Assembly (NCBI GenBank): GCA_964574035.1
Contig: CAZNLD010000001.1
Span: forward strand, 16,220 to 80,219
Source of the DNA: Candidatus Undinarchaeota archaeon
GTDB lineage: Archaea > Undinarchaeota > Undinarchaeia > Undinarchaeales > JALTGF01
Reading direction: 5' to 3'
Length of the DNA stretch: 64,000 nucleotides
The notes under the pieces are model-generated. The model ran no database searches and was not told the origin of the DNA. It saw only the letters and a program-made list of their open reading frames with translations. Of the stretch, positions 1 through 8,962 are shown one piece after another (positions within the stretch are counted from its first letter, which is position 1; each line of letters opens with the position of its first letter). A program made the position numbers and the translations under genes.

Positions 1-1
1 C

Positions 2-1354
2 AGCCAGCCAAACCCACTCAAAGCATTTCATATCGGACATGTGAGAGGAACTACTTTAGGAGAAAGCCTTTCAAGAATTCTAGATTACAGCGGATATGAT
101 ACCATTAAAGCCAATTATTACAATGATATGGGAACCCATGTTGCAAGAGTTTTATGGAATTATATGGAGAATCATGAAGAGGAAAAACCAGGACATGAAG
201 TAGGGAAATGGTTTGCTAAGCTTTATACTGAAGCCTCCAAAAAAGTAGAGGAAGACCCTGAAGCCAAAGAGAAAGTGAGTGAAATTTTAAAAAAACTGGA
301 AAAAGAAGATGAAAAAATTTCTAAAATCTGGAAAACCTTAAGAGATTTGTCAATCAAAGAATTTGAAAGAATCTATAAAGAATTGGGTATTGAATTTGAT
401 GAAATTTTTTATGAAAGCGAAGTAGCTGAGAGAGGCAAAGAAATCGTTAAAGAACTTAAGAAGAAAAAGATTGCAGAGAAAAGTGAAGGAGCTATAATTG
501 TTGACCTTGAAAAATACGACCTAGGGACCCTTCTTTTAGTAAAATCAGACGGTACAATGCTTTACTCTGTAAAAGATTTGGCTCTGGCTGAAAAGAAACT
601 TAAAGAATTTGATGTTGATAAATCTATTTATGTCGTTGGAGTAGAACAGAGGCTCTATTTCCAGCAGCTTTTCAAGACTCTTGAGTTGATGGGCATAAAA
701 AAAGCAAAGAAATGCGAACATTTAGCTTATGAACTTGTAAATCTTGCTTCTGGTAAGAAAATTTCAAGCAGAGAAGGAACTGCAATTCTTTATGAAGATT
801 TGAAAAAGAAAATGATTGATAAGGCTCTTGAAGAACTTCTTGAAAGAGATCCGGAACTTGATCCGTTTATGCAGAAAGAAATAGCAAAACAGATATCCTT
901 CGGAGCTATGAAATTCAGCATGCTGAATATTGGAAATAATAAAACAATTTTCTTTGACTGGGATAAAGCCCTTGAATTTGAAGGAGAAACCGGACCTTAT
1001 ATTCAATACGCAGGCGTCAGAGCAAAGAGGATACTTGAACAGGTTGATGATACGCCCAATTTATCTAAATGTAAATTTAAAGAGATATGCGATGAAGAGC
1101 ACTTACTTCTTAAAAAAATAGCCAAATTCCCTCAGATTTTAGAAGATTCTGCTGAACATCAAAGACCTTATGAAATTGCAAATTATGTTTACGAACTTGC
1201 CGAAAAATTTAATACATTTTATAATAAGTGCAGAGTTTTAGATGCAGATGAAAAAGGTATCGGAAATATGAGGATTAGAATAGTATCCGCAACATTTAAT
1301 ACCTTGAAAACCTGCTTGTATTTACTGGGAATAGACGTTCCTGAAAGAATGTAG
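2..1354 (+). CDS. argS: Arginyl-tRNA synthetase (5'-truncated by the window edge)
   Basis: Frame is open from base 2 and reads SQPNPLKAFHIGHVRG (HIGH motif). Also KISSREG (KMSKS-like), GETGPYIQYA and C-terminal LGIDVPERM. Confidence 0.97.
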   Translation, partial: SQPNPLKAFHIGHVRGTTLGESLSRILDYSGYDTIKANYYNDMGTHVARVLWNYMENHEEEKPGHEVGKWFAKLYTEASKKVEEDPEAKEKVSEILKKLEKEDEKISKIWKTLRDLSIKEFERIYKELGIEFDEIFYESEVAERGKEIVKELKKKKIAEKSEGAIIVDLEKYDLGTLLLVKSDGTMLYSVKDLALAEKKLKEFDVDKSIYVVGVEQRLYFQQLFKTLELMGIKKAKKCEHLAYELVNLASGKKISSREGTAILYEDLKKKMIDKALEELLERDPELDPFMQKEIAKQISFGAMKFSMLNIGNNKTIFFDWDKALEFEGETGPYIQYAGVRAKRILEQVDDTPNLSKCKFKEICDEEHLLLKKIAKFPQILEDSAEHQRPYEIANYVYELAEKFNTFYNKCRVLDADEKGIGNMRIRIVSATFNTLKTCLYLLGIDVPERM

Positions 1355-1447
1355 GCACCGGTAGCCTAGTCTGGATAAGGCATCGGCCTCCTAACGATGT
1401 TAAAGGGAGAGAGCCGGGAATCGCGCGTTCGAATCGCGCCCGGTGCA
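1355..1447 (+). tRNA. tRNA-Arg(CCT) with 18-nt canonical intron (1394-1411)
   Basis: Acceptor GCACCGG/CCGGTGC, T arm GCGCG-TTCGAAT-CGCGC, anticodon stem TCGGC/GCCGG with loop CT-CCT-A. Intron GGAG pairs with CTCC to give a bulge-helix-bulge. Confidence 0.93.
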
Positions 1448-1472
1448 CTCAAACTATTAAAATACGGAGTTG

Positions 1473-1544
1473 GCCCTCGTAGTCTAGTGGATAGGATGCA
1501 AGCTTGCGGAGCTTGAGACCCGGATTCAAATTCCGGCGGGGGCA
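1473..1544 (+). tRNA. tRNA-Arg(GCG)
   Basis: Acceptor GCCCTCG/CGGGGGC, anticodon arm CAAGC-TTGCGGA-GCTTG, T arm CCGGA-TTCAAAT-TCCGG, followed by a T-run. Confidence 0.95.
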
Positions 1545-1631
1545 TTTTTATATTTAATTAATTCTTTTCCATATAGACAATAATTAGTCAAAATCCTTAA
1601 ATAGTTAAAAAAGAGTTTAATTCTTGATAAA

Positions 1632-1808
1632 ATGCACAAACTACTGAAAAAATTAGGTATAAGCGAAACTATTGCAGCAGTATTAATGGTGGTACTTGGG
1701 ATTATAATAGTACTGTTTGAAATAAATGATGTAACTCTGCTTTCATACCTAATCGCACTATACTTAATAGTTGTAGGTCTACTGAAACTGCTTCCGGAAA
1801 AAGATTAA
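1632..1808 (+). CDS. Small two-TM membrane protein, 58 aa (DUF3096-like); not in the ORF track
   Basis: Manual translation MHKLLKKLGISETIAAVLMVVLGIIIVLFEINDVTLLSYLIALYLIVVGLLKLLPEKD*. TATA-like CTTAAATA lies about 30-35 nt upstream. Confidence 0.75.
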   Translation: MHKLLKKLGISETIAAVLMVVLGIIIVLFEINDVTLLSYLIALYLIVVGLLKLLPEKD

Positions 1809-1815
1809 GCAGAAA

Positions 1816-3297
1816 TCACTCTGGTTTCTTTTCTGTCTTTTTCTTGTATTCTTTATGCCAGAAATATTCTTTTATATCTCTTCTTTTAAGATAAACTACG
1901 ATTAATAAAACAGCCGTTATCAGTATAATTATGCTTAGAGTACCGTCCATTTTAAATTCAAATGGTTGTTTTCTTTCAAGGAGCGTTATTTCTTTTTTAT
2001 CTGAACTAGAAAGTTTTTCCTCATCTACAATTACTGAAGCATATAAATCATGGCTTCCTACTTCCCCAGATGCTTCCCATTCGGTTTCAATAGTTTTCTT
2101 GCTTCCTCTTTCAACTGAAAATGCGCTTTCCTTTACTTTGTCATTATCCAAATAAAGTTCAATCTCTCCGGACAAATCAACATTCCCGGTATTATCTAAT
2201 ACATAAGTAAGATTGAGTGACTCGCCCTGATAAACAGCGGTTTTGTTCAAGCTTAATGAAGCACTTATTTTCCTGATTACACCGACTTCCAAAGTATGCT
2301 CATCTCTTCCGACATTTTCAAAAGAATCATTTGTTACTATTTCAAGAGGATACTTGCCGGGCGGAGCTCTTTCCGGAAGTTTAACTGTAAAGGCAAACTT
2401 TCCATTTGAATCTGATTTTTCAGAATATTTAACTGCACTTTCTTCATTAGGTACAGTTAGAAAAGCGTAAACTTGTAATCCCTGAACCGAATCTCCTCTT
2501 ATATCTTCAACAGTTCCAGTTACAATAACAGAATCGCCTGGTTCAAGTTCATATTTCTGAGGAGAACTTTCAAGTGCAAGTGCGCTACTTAAAATAAGAT
2601 TAGTTATTGAAAATGAATCGCTATTTCCATCTGTATCATTTAGTTCAACTAAAACAGTATAATTTCCTGGAACAGCAGATGAGTTAAACTGATAAGAATA
2701 CTGAAGATAGCCATTAACTACAGCAGATTCTGCTGAGAAAACAAGACCGTATGTTTCTTCTTCTACGTAAATATCTGCAATTCCGTCAACCGGCTGTTTT
2801 CCTGCATCTAGAATAGTTCCTCCCAAAACTAATTCGTGGCCGAAATTAAACATATCCGAATTGACTCCTGCAACTATGGACAATTTATCTGTTATATTGA
2901 AAGACTTAGATGAAAATTCAGTTAAAGTTCGGGTATTCTTTTTGACTTCTATATTAATCTTCCATTCTGAACCTTTCTTAATATTAGAAGGTACCTTCCA
3001 GCTTAAAGTTCCTTTATTTATTTGAGAGAAAGTTGCAGGAACGCCTTTTGTAAAAGTATAATATTTTTCAGCAATTTTAATTGATTCGTCCAGATTTTCA
3101 TTTTCTGCAGAAAAAATGACTTTTGCAGCTTTTGCATCCTCCTCTAAAGTGATATAACCGTTTAGGTGGATAGTGTCGCCTAAATTGTAGGAGTCGCCTG
3201 CAGACGGATTTATTACTTCATCTGCAAAAACAGCAGGAGCCAATAAAAAAGTAAACAAAAATATGCTTATTAGGATTAAACTAAGTTTGTTTTTCAT
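1816..3297 (-). CDS. Secreted, membrane-anchored surface protein with Ig-like/CARDB-like beta domains
   Basis: N-terminal signal peptide, repeated beta-rich modules (PGNYTV, PGKYPL), CARDB-like LDNTGNVD segment, C-terminal TM helix with basic tail. Confidence 0.7.
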   Translation of the reverse strand: MKNKLSLILISIFLFTFLLAPAVFADEVINPSAGDSYNLGDTIHLNGYITLEEDAKAAKVIFSAENENLDESIKIAEKYYTFTKGVPATFSQINKGTLSWKVPSNIKKGSEWKINIEVKKNTRTLTEFSSKSFNITDKLSIVAGVNSDMFNFGHELVLGGTILDAGKQPVDGIADIYVEEETYGLVFSAESAVVNGYLQYSYQFNSSAVPGNYTVLVELNDTDGNSDSFSITNLILSSALALESSPQKYELEPGDSVIVTGTVEDIRGDSVQGLQVYAFLTVPNEESAVKYSEKSDSNGKFAFTVKLPERAPPGKYPLEIVTNDSFENVGRDEHTLEVGVIRKISASLSLNKTAVYQGESLNLTYVLDNTGNVDLSGEIELYLDNDKVKESAFSVERGSKKTIETEWEASGEVGSHDLYASVIVDEEKLSSSDKKEITLLERKQPFEFKMDGTLSIIILITAVLLIVVYLKRRDIKEYFWHKEYKKKTEKKPE

Positions 3298-3343
3298 TCT
3301 CCCACGCTATCGTATAAATAAATTTAATTTAAATACTTTCAGG

Positions 3344-5308
3344 TTAAGAGTTATTTTTCTTTTTGACCTTTTCTTTTATTTCTTCAACAATTTCAGGATT
3401 TTTTAAAGTAGATAAATCGCCTATTTCTTTTCCCTGTTCAAGTGATTTTAGAACTCGTCTCATTATTTTCCCGCTTCTTGTTTTTGGGAGGTCAGGAACG
3501 AACATAATTTCAGAAGGCTTTGCAATGGGTCCAATTTGATCTCCTACATGCGCCCTTAATTTTTCTTTTAACTCACCTGATTCTTTTTGACTTTCTCTTA
3601 AAATGACAAATGCTTTTATTTCTTCCCCTTTTACATCATGTGGAACTCCGACAACCGCTGCTTCTGCAACTGCAGGATGGCTTACGAGCCCGCTTTCCAC
3701 TTCAGCAGAGCCGATTCGGTGTCCTGCAACATTTAATACATCATCGGACCTTCCCTGTATCCAGAAATATCCGTCTTCATCCTTTCTAGCGACATCTCCT
3801 GCAAGATATGCATCATCATATTCTTTCCAGTAAGTTTCTTTGTATCTTTCAGGATTCCTGTAAAGTGTTTTAAGCATTGCCGGCCAGGGTGTATTTATTA
3901 CAAGATGTCCTCCTTTATCAGTAATTGGTCCTCCTTCTTCATCATAAACATCTGCTTTAATTCCCGGGAAAGGATAAGTTGCAGAGCCCGGTTTTAAAGG
4001 AAGAACTGGAACAGGCGTTATCATAAACATTCCAGTTTCGGTCTGCCACCAGGTATCCATTATAGGACATTTTTCATTGCCGATATATTTGTAATACCAT
4101 ATCCATGCTTCCGGATTTATCGGCTCTCCGACAGAACCAAGCAGCCTTAATGTTTTGAGACTGCAGTTCTTTAGAACATCTTTTCCGTATTTCATATAAA
4201 GTCTGACTAAGGTAGGGGCGCAGTAAAATACAGTTACTTTGTATTTGTCAACAAGCTTCCAGACGTGATCTTTTTCAGGATAATTTGGAGCCCCTTCATA
4301 CATTACAGAAGTAACTCCGTGCATCAAAGGAGCATAAACAATGTAGCTGTGTCCGGTTATCCAGCCGATGTCGGCGGCGCACCACCAAATGTCGTCAGGT
4401 TTTAAATCAAATACAAATTTGAGAGTTGCATAAGTTCCTACAGAATATCCCCCGTGGTCGTGAATCACTCCTTTTGGCTTTCCTGTTGTCCCTGAAGTGT
4501 AAAGTATGAAAAGAGGATCATTTGAATCCATGATTTCTGTTTCGCACTCTTCAGACTGGCCCTTGGTTATATCATGCCACCAAACTTCTTTTTCTTTCTT
4601 TAAATTGACTTTATTCTTAATTCTTTGAACAACAATTGTTTTTTCAAGGGTTTTACAATTTGAAGTAATTTTGTCTGCTTTTTCTTTTAGAGGAACTACA
4701 TTTCCTCTTCTGTAAAAGCCGTCGACCGTGATCAAGACTTTTGCCCTTGCATCTTTAATTCTAGTTTCAAGAGCTTTTGAAGAATAACCTGAAAATACAA
4801 CTGAATGAATTGCACCAATTTTTGCGCAGGCGAGCATTGAAATTGGAAGCTCAGGAATCATTGGAAGGTAAACAGCAACCCTGTCTCCTTTTTCTACACC
4901 AAGTTCTTTAAGAGAGTTTGCGAATTTGTTTACCTTTTTATATAATTCAAGATAGGTAAATTTTCGTTCTTCTCCGTCCTCTCCTTCCCAATAGTAAGCA
5001 AGTTTATTTTTATTTTCTCCAAGAGCATGTTTGTCAAGACAATTCTGAACTATATTTGTTTTAGCTCCTTTAAACCATTTTGAAAACGGACGGTTCCATT
5101 CTAAAACGTTGTCCCATTTCTTTTCCCAGTCAAGTTCTTCAGCCAGCTCCCCCCAGAACCATTCCGGATCTTTTTTTGCTTTCTCCAAAAGTTCATCATA
5201 AGAGGAAACATCTCGGGCTTCCATCCACTTTTTAATATTTGAATTTTTTACAATTTCTTTACTGGGTTTAAAAATTCTTTTTTCATTTAAAAGAGATTCA
5301 ATTTTCAT
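3344..5308 (-). CDS. acs: Acetyl-CoA synthetase (AMP-forming)
   Basis: [31 protein letters not shown] and [12 protein letters not shown] motifs. Confidence 0.97.
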   Translation of the reverse strand: MKIESLLNEKRIFKPSKEIVKNSNIKKWMEARDVSSYDELLEKAKKDPEWFWGELAEELDWEKKWDNVLEWNRPFSKWFKGAKTNIVQNCLDKHALGENKNKLAYYWEGEDGEERKFTYLELYKKVNKFANSLKELGVEKGDRVAVYLPMIPELPISMLACAKIGAIHSVVFSGYSSKALETRIKDARAKVLITVDGFYRRGNVVPLKEKADKITSNCKTLEKTIVVQRIKNKVNLKKEKEVWWHDITKGQSEECETEIMDSNDPLFILYTSGTTGKPKGVIHDHGGYSVGTYATLKFVFDLKPDDIWWCAADIGWITGHSYIVYAPLMHGVTSVMYEGAPNYPEKDHVWKLVDKYKVTVFYCAPTLVRLYMKYGKDVLKNCSLKTLRLLGSVGEPINPEAWIWYYKYIGNEKCPIMDTWWQTETGMFMITPVPVLPLKPGSATYPFPGIKADVYDEEGGPITDKGGHLVINTPWPAMLKTLYRNPERYKETYWKEYDDAYLAGDVARKDEDGYFWIQGRSDDVLNVAGHRIGSAEVESGLVSHPAVAEAAVVGVPHDVKGEEIKAFVILRESQKESGELKEKLRAHVGDQIGPIAKPSEIMFVPDLPKTRSGKIMRRVLKSLEQGKEIGDLSTLKNPEIVEEIKEKVKKKNNS

Positions 5309-5342
5309 AAAAAAAACATATGTGTTAATCCTTTAAATAAAT

Positions 5343-6248
5343 TTAGTTCCTGAAGAGTTCGGTTCCTGCTTTTCCTTCTAATGCATCTTTAATTTTATCA
5401 ATGGAGGTTATAATTGCTTTTTCCCCGCCAGATTCTAGAAAATTAATTACTGCTTGAATTTTAGGACCCATGCTTCCTTCTGGAAAATGCCCTTCTTTCA
5501 AGTACTTTTTTGCTTCTGAAATTGAAAGTTTATCTAAATCCTTTTGGTTTTCTTTACCATAGTTCAATGAAACCTTTTCAATGTCTGTTACAATTAATAG
5601 GATGTCTGCATTAATCTGTTCTCCCAGCTTTGCACTTGCAAGGTCTTTATCTATTACTGCTTCAATTCCTTCAAAAGAGGAATTTTCTTTAATTGCTGGA
5701 ATTCCGCCTCCTCCGCAGGTAACTACAATAAATCCTGTGTCCAGTAGTTTTTTAACTTTATACGCACCAACTACTTTTATTGGTTTTGGCGAAGGAACGA
5801 CCTTTCTCCACCCTTTTGCAGTTTTTACAAAACCAGGCGCTGACTGTTCATAAAGGGGTCCAACTGGTTTTGTAGGCTTTTCAAGAGCAGGGTCCTTTTT
5901 ATCAACCTGAACATATGTTACAAGAGTAGACAGCAATGGTTTCATTTCTCCTATTTTCATAAACTCATTATCAAGTGTTTTCTCTATCATATATCCAATC
6001 TGCCCCTGGGTCATTGCAACAAGAATTTCAAGAGGCATATTTGGAACTTCTTTACAGGCTCCCTGCTGGAGCAAAAGATTTCCAACCTGCGGGCCGTTTC
6101 CGTGCGTTATTACTATCTTATAGTTCTCTGCAAGGCGAACTACTTGACTTATAGGTCTTTCTAGGTTCCTCATCTGCTCATAAGCAGTTCCTTTTTGCCC
6201 TTCTTTAATGAGTGCATTTCCTCCGAAAGCAATAACTAGTGTTTTCAT
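5343..6248 (-). CDS. arcC: Carbamate kinase
   Basis: AFGGNAL, THGNGPQVG, PTKPVG, WRKVVPSP, GGGGIP, EAVIDKD and GSMGPK motifs. Confidence 0.97.
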   Translation of the reverse strand: MKTLVIAFGGNALIKEGQKGTAYEQMRNLERPISQVVRLAENYKIVITHGNGPQVGNLLLQQGACKEVPNMPLEILVAMTQGQIGYMIEKTLDNEFMKIGEMKPLLSTLVTYVQVDKKDPALEKPTKPVGPLYEQSAPGFVKTAKGWRKVVPSPKPIKVVGAYKVKKLLDTGFIVVTCGGGGIPAIKENSSFEGIEAVIDKDLASAKLGEQINADILLIVTDIEKVSLNYGKENQKDLDKLSISEAKKYLKEGHFPEGSMGPKIQAVINFLESGGEKAIITSIDKIKDALEGKAGTELFRN

Positions 6249-6272
6249 AATGCCCTCGCTTAGCTTTTTTAA

Positions 6273-6911
6273 TTAATAAGAATTTCGGTTATCTGCGTTT
6301 GTTCTATTTTGCAATATTTCGTATGCTGTCATTGCGTCCTTTTCTTCAAGAATTAACATCTTGTCAGTGTAGCAAGAAATTACTTCTACTAGGTTTATAT
6401 CATTTTCAGCTAAAAGGCCCGTAATATATTGAACAAAACCCGGTATGCCTTCTACTGATGAATCAGTAATAAGTGAAATTTCTACTAAGTTTTTTCTAAT
6501 TTCAAGTGCGTTATTCATGTTTATTTTGTCTATGTCATTCTGGTCAATTATTAAAACATCAACATTTGTTCCACTAAGCGTATGAATGGGTGTTGCTGAA
6601 TTTTCAGGAAGTTGGCCTTTTTTAAAAGTTATATCTGCAATTTTATTTCTAATGCTTATATGAGAATTTTTAAGTAATTTTAACAGTTCTTTTTCCCGCG
6701 AAACACTTGTTTTTTTGAGCCCCTCTGCATACCTTCTTATTGAAATTGCAATTGCATCATGGCTAACATCTCGTCCGATTCTGTCTTTAACTTCGTTTTG
6801 TATTTTTTTTGCTAATGCAGAATAGTTTACCACACCAATTTCAAGGCCGTACTTGCAATAGGGTTTTGTTTCTAAAATCTCTCGGACTATCTTAGCCAGC
6901 GATTTTCCCAT
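6273..6911 (-). CDS. Archaeal HTH plus ACT-domain amino-acid-binding regulator-like protein
   Basis: GVVNYSALAKKI...AIAISIRRY N-terminal helical domain and C-terminal ACT-like PGFVQYITGLLAENDINLVEVISCYTD. Start moved to the ATG at 6911. Confidence 0.8.
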   Translation of the reverse strand: MGKSLAKIVREILETKPYCKYGLEIGVVNYSALAKKIQNEVKDRIGRDVSHDAIAISIRRYAEGLKKTSVSREKELLKLLKNSHISIRNKIADITFKKGQLPENSATPIHTLSGTNVDVLIIDQNDIDKINMNNALEIRKNLVEISLITDSSVEGIPGFVQYITGLLAENDINLVEVISCYTDKMLILEEKDAMTAYEILQNRTNADNRNSY

Positions 6912-7041
6912 AAAACTTAGTTGCATTTTTATAGTTATATATTTTTGTTTCAATATCTTGGAAATAAAACAAAAATCAAGTAAATCTGTTCCAGTTCATG
7001 CAGAGGCTTCATATATTCAGTAATCAACAATTACTTTGAAA

Positions 7042-7278
7042 ATGAAACAGTCATGTGTGATCTTAACTAAAGTAAAAACAGGCACTGAAATTAAAATTCA
7101 AAAGGAACTTTTAAAGTTGAAAGAAGTTAAAGGCGCTTATTTAGTATATGGGAATTATGACATGTTAATAGAGATGGATACGGAAAATCTAGATAATCTA
7201 AATAATTTACTTACTGGTAGAATACGAAAATTCCCCGGAGTTATCTCTTCAAAAACATTTTTAATTTCATCTGCTTAA
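7042..7278 (+). CDS. Stand-alone Lrp/AsnC ligand-binding (RAM) domain protein
   Basis: VKGAYLVYGNYDMLIE and IRKFPGVISSKT motifs; no HTH. Confidence 0.88.
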   Translation: MKQSCVILTKVKTGTEIKIQKELLKLKEVKGAYLVYGNYDMLIEMDTENLDNLNNLLTGRIRKFPGVISSKTFLISSA

Positions 7279-7326
7279 TTTTTAAATAACATTTAGTTTA
7301 GTAATTCTTACTTAAAGTATATTTAT

Positions 7327-8277
7327 CTAAAACTTTCCCATTAAAAATAACATAATTGACTTCTGCGCATGCAGTCTGTTTTCTGCCTGGTCAAATATTA
7401 TTGAATCCGGATGGTCAATTGCATCTCTTGTTATTTCATAACCAATATGACAGGGCATACAGTGCATTATTTTTGCACTGCTGTTGTTTTTGTCAAGTAA
7501 ATCCTTACTTAATTGATAAGGCATGAATTTTTTCTTTCTCTGTTCAAACTCTGTTTTAAATTTAGTTATTACGTGTCCTTCCTCGTTAAAATACTCCATA
7601 TTCATCCAGGTATCAGTATAAACAAAATCTGCAGTCTCAACACAACTTGTGTCATTAGTTTCTGTATATAAACCTGTATTTTTAACCTGTTCAATTAATT
7701 CATCGTCAACAGACGTCGGGTCTTTTTCAGGAACGCAAAGAGTAAACTTTGCACCCAGTTTGGTGCAGATTTGAGATAATGAATTACTGACATTGTTCCC
7801 AATACCGAGGTAAACAACGCGTTTACCTCTTAAATCCTCTACTTTTCCTCCGCTCTTTTCAATCATAGTTAAAGCATCTCCAAATGCCTGGCATGGATGA
7901 TATTTTTCACAAAGAGCATTAATCACAGGGATTTTTGCAACCTTTTTTGCTTCTTCTAAACTTTCATGTTTTAAGGGCCGGTACATTAAAATGTCGCCGA
8001 ATTGCATGGTTGCCCTAATTTCATCAACAAAATCAGACATTTTAAACTGCGTGGTTCTCCAGTCAAGAAAAATTCCGTGCCCTCCGAGCTGAGTCATACC
8101 TGCCTCGAAAGAAAGTCTTGTCCTTGTAGAAGTTTTCTGGAAAAGCATTACAAGTGTCTTGTCCTTTAAAGCAGAAGTGTATTCTTTTTTGTTGTTCTTA
8201 ATTTCAATTGCCTTGTCTAGGGTTTTCTTTATTTCTTCCGTTGTGAAATCTGATATTTTTAATAAATGCCTTGTCAT
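7327..8277 (-). CDS. argF: Ornithine carbamoyltransferase
   Basis: FQKTSTRTRLSFE, HPCQ, YTDTW, MHCMP and FDQAENRLH motifs. Proximity to arcC suggests a catabolic (ArcB) role. Confidence 0.93.
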   Translation of the reverse strand: MTRHLLKISDFTTEEIKKTLDKAIEIKNNKKEYTSALKDKTLVMLFQKTSTRTRLSFEAGMTQLGGHGIFLDWRTTQFKMSDFVDEIRATMQFGDILMYRPLKHESLEEAKKVAKIPVINALCEKYHPCQAFGDALTMIEKSGGKVEDLRGKRVVYLGIGNNVSNSLSQICTKLGAKFTLCVPEKDPTSVDDELIEQVKNTGLYTETNDTSCVETADFVYTDTWMNMEYFNEEGHVITKFKTEFEQRKKKFMPYQLSKDLLDKNNSSAKIMHCMPCHIGYEITRDAIDHPDSIIFDQAENRLHAQKSIMLFLMGKF

Positions 8278-8433
8278 TTTTTCCTCTATTTACATCTGAT
8301 AATCCACAAGGGTATAAAAAGTTTTTTGGACCTAAGAGAACAGATGTTGGGGTTCTTTGTTCTATCTCATACAAACTGCATTAATTCTGAATTCTATAAC
8401 TATAAAAATAATCTCGTTCATAATAGGAGTAAG

Positions 8434-8946
8434 ATGAAGCAAATTGATGAAGATAAATGGGAAATAAGCAAGTCAGGAGAGTCAGAAGAGTTTCTGGCTG
8501 AAGGGATTTATCAATGCTTGGTTGTAATTTTATTCGATGTTAAGGGAGAAATTGGTGCAATTTACCACGCACCTGAAAGTGGTCTTTTCAGGGCAAAGAA
8601 AGTTAATAACCACAGGGTTGAAAATGCAATTTTTAAATTAAATACAATTCTTAATGGATTTAAGGAGATGGGGGCTGATTACAAAAATTTGAAAGCAGTT
8701 ATTAGCGGAGGGTTGGAAAAAGGAATAGATGTAACGGTCAGCAAAACCCTTGAAGACATAAAGAAGTTGTTCATGGAAAATGGAATAGAAATAGTATATG
8801 AAGATACCGGGGGTTCAGCTATTAGGAGAGATATTACCTTTAAACTTCCGGAAGGAAAAATAAAAATTTTAAAAAGAGCTGAAAAAAGGAGATTGAAAAG
8901 AGAAATTCTGATTTCAATTCCACAGGAGAAAGTACAAACCAGATAA
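8434..8946 (+). CDS. CheD-like (chemoreceptor glutamine deamidase fold) protein, 170 aa
   Basis: GIYQCLVVILFD...GAIYH (Cys-His pair), LKAVISGG, IEIVYEDTGG..RRDITF. ATG at 8434 is preceded by GGAG. Confidence 0.75.
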   Translation: MKQIDEDKWEISKSGESEEFLAEGIYQCLVVILFDVKGEIGAIYHAPESGLFRAKKVNNHRVENAIFKLNTILNGFKEMGADYKNLKAVISGGLEKGIDVTVSKTLEDIKKLFMENGIEIVYEDTGGSAIRRDITFKLPEGKIKILKRAEKRRLKREILISIPQEKVQTR

Positions 8947-8962
8947 CTATTAAGGCATTCTT

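Noticed and set aside
1355..1816. tRNA-anchored integrated element (also checked at tRNA-Asn and tRNA-Gln)
   Set aside because: No integrase, no duplicated tRNA 3' end seen, and the flanking genes are housekeeping.
8266..8433. N-terminal extension of the CheD-like ORF
   Set aside because: It overlaps the OTCase start and promoter region; the ATG at 8434 has an SD-like GGAG.
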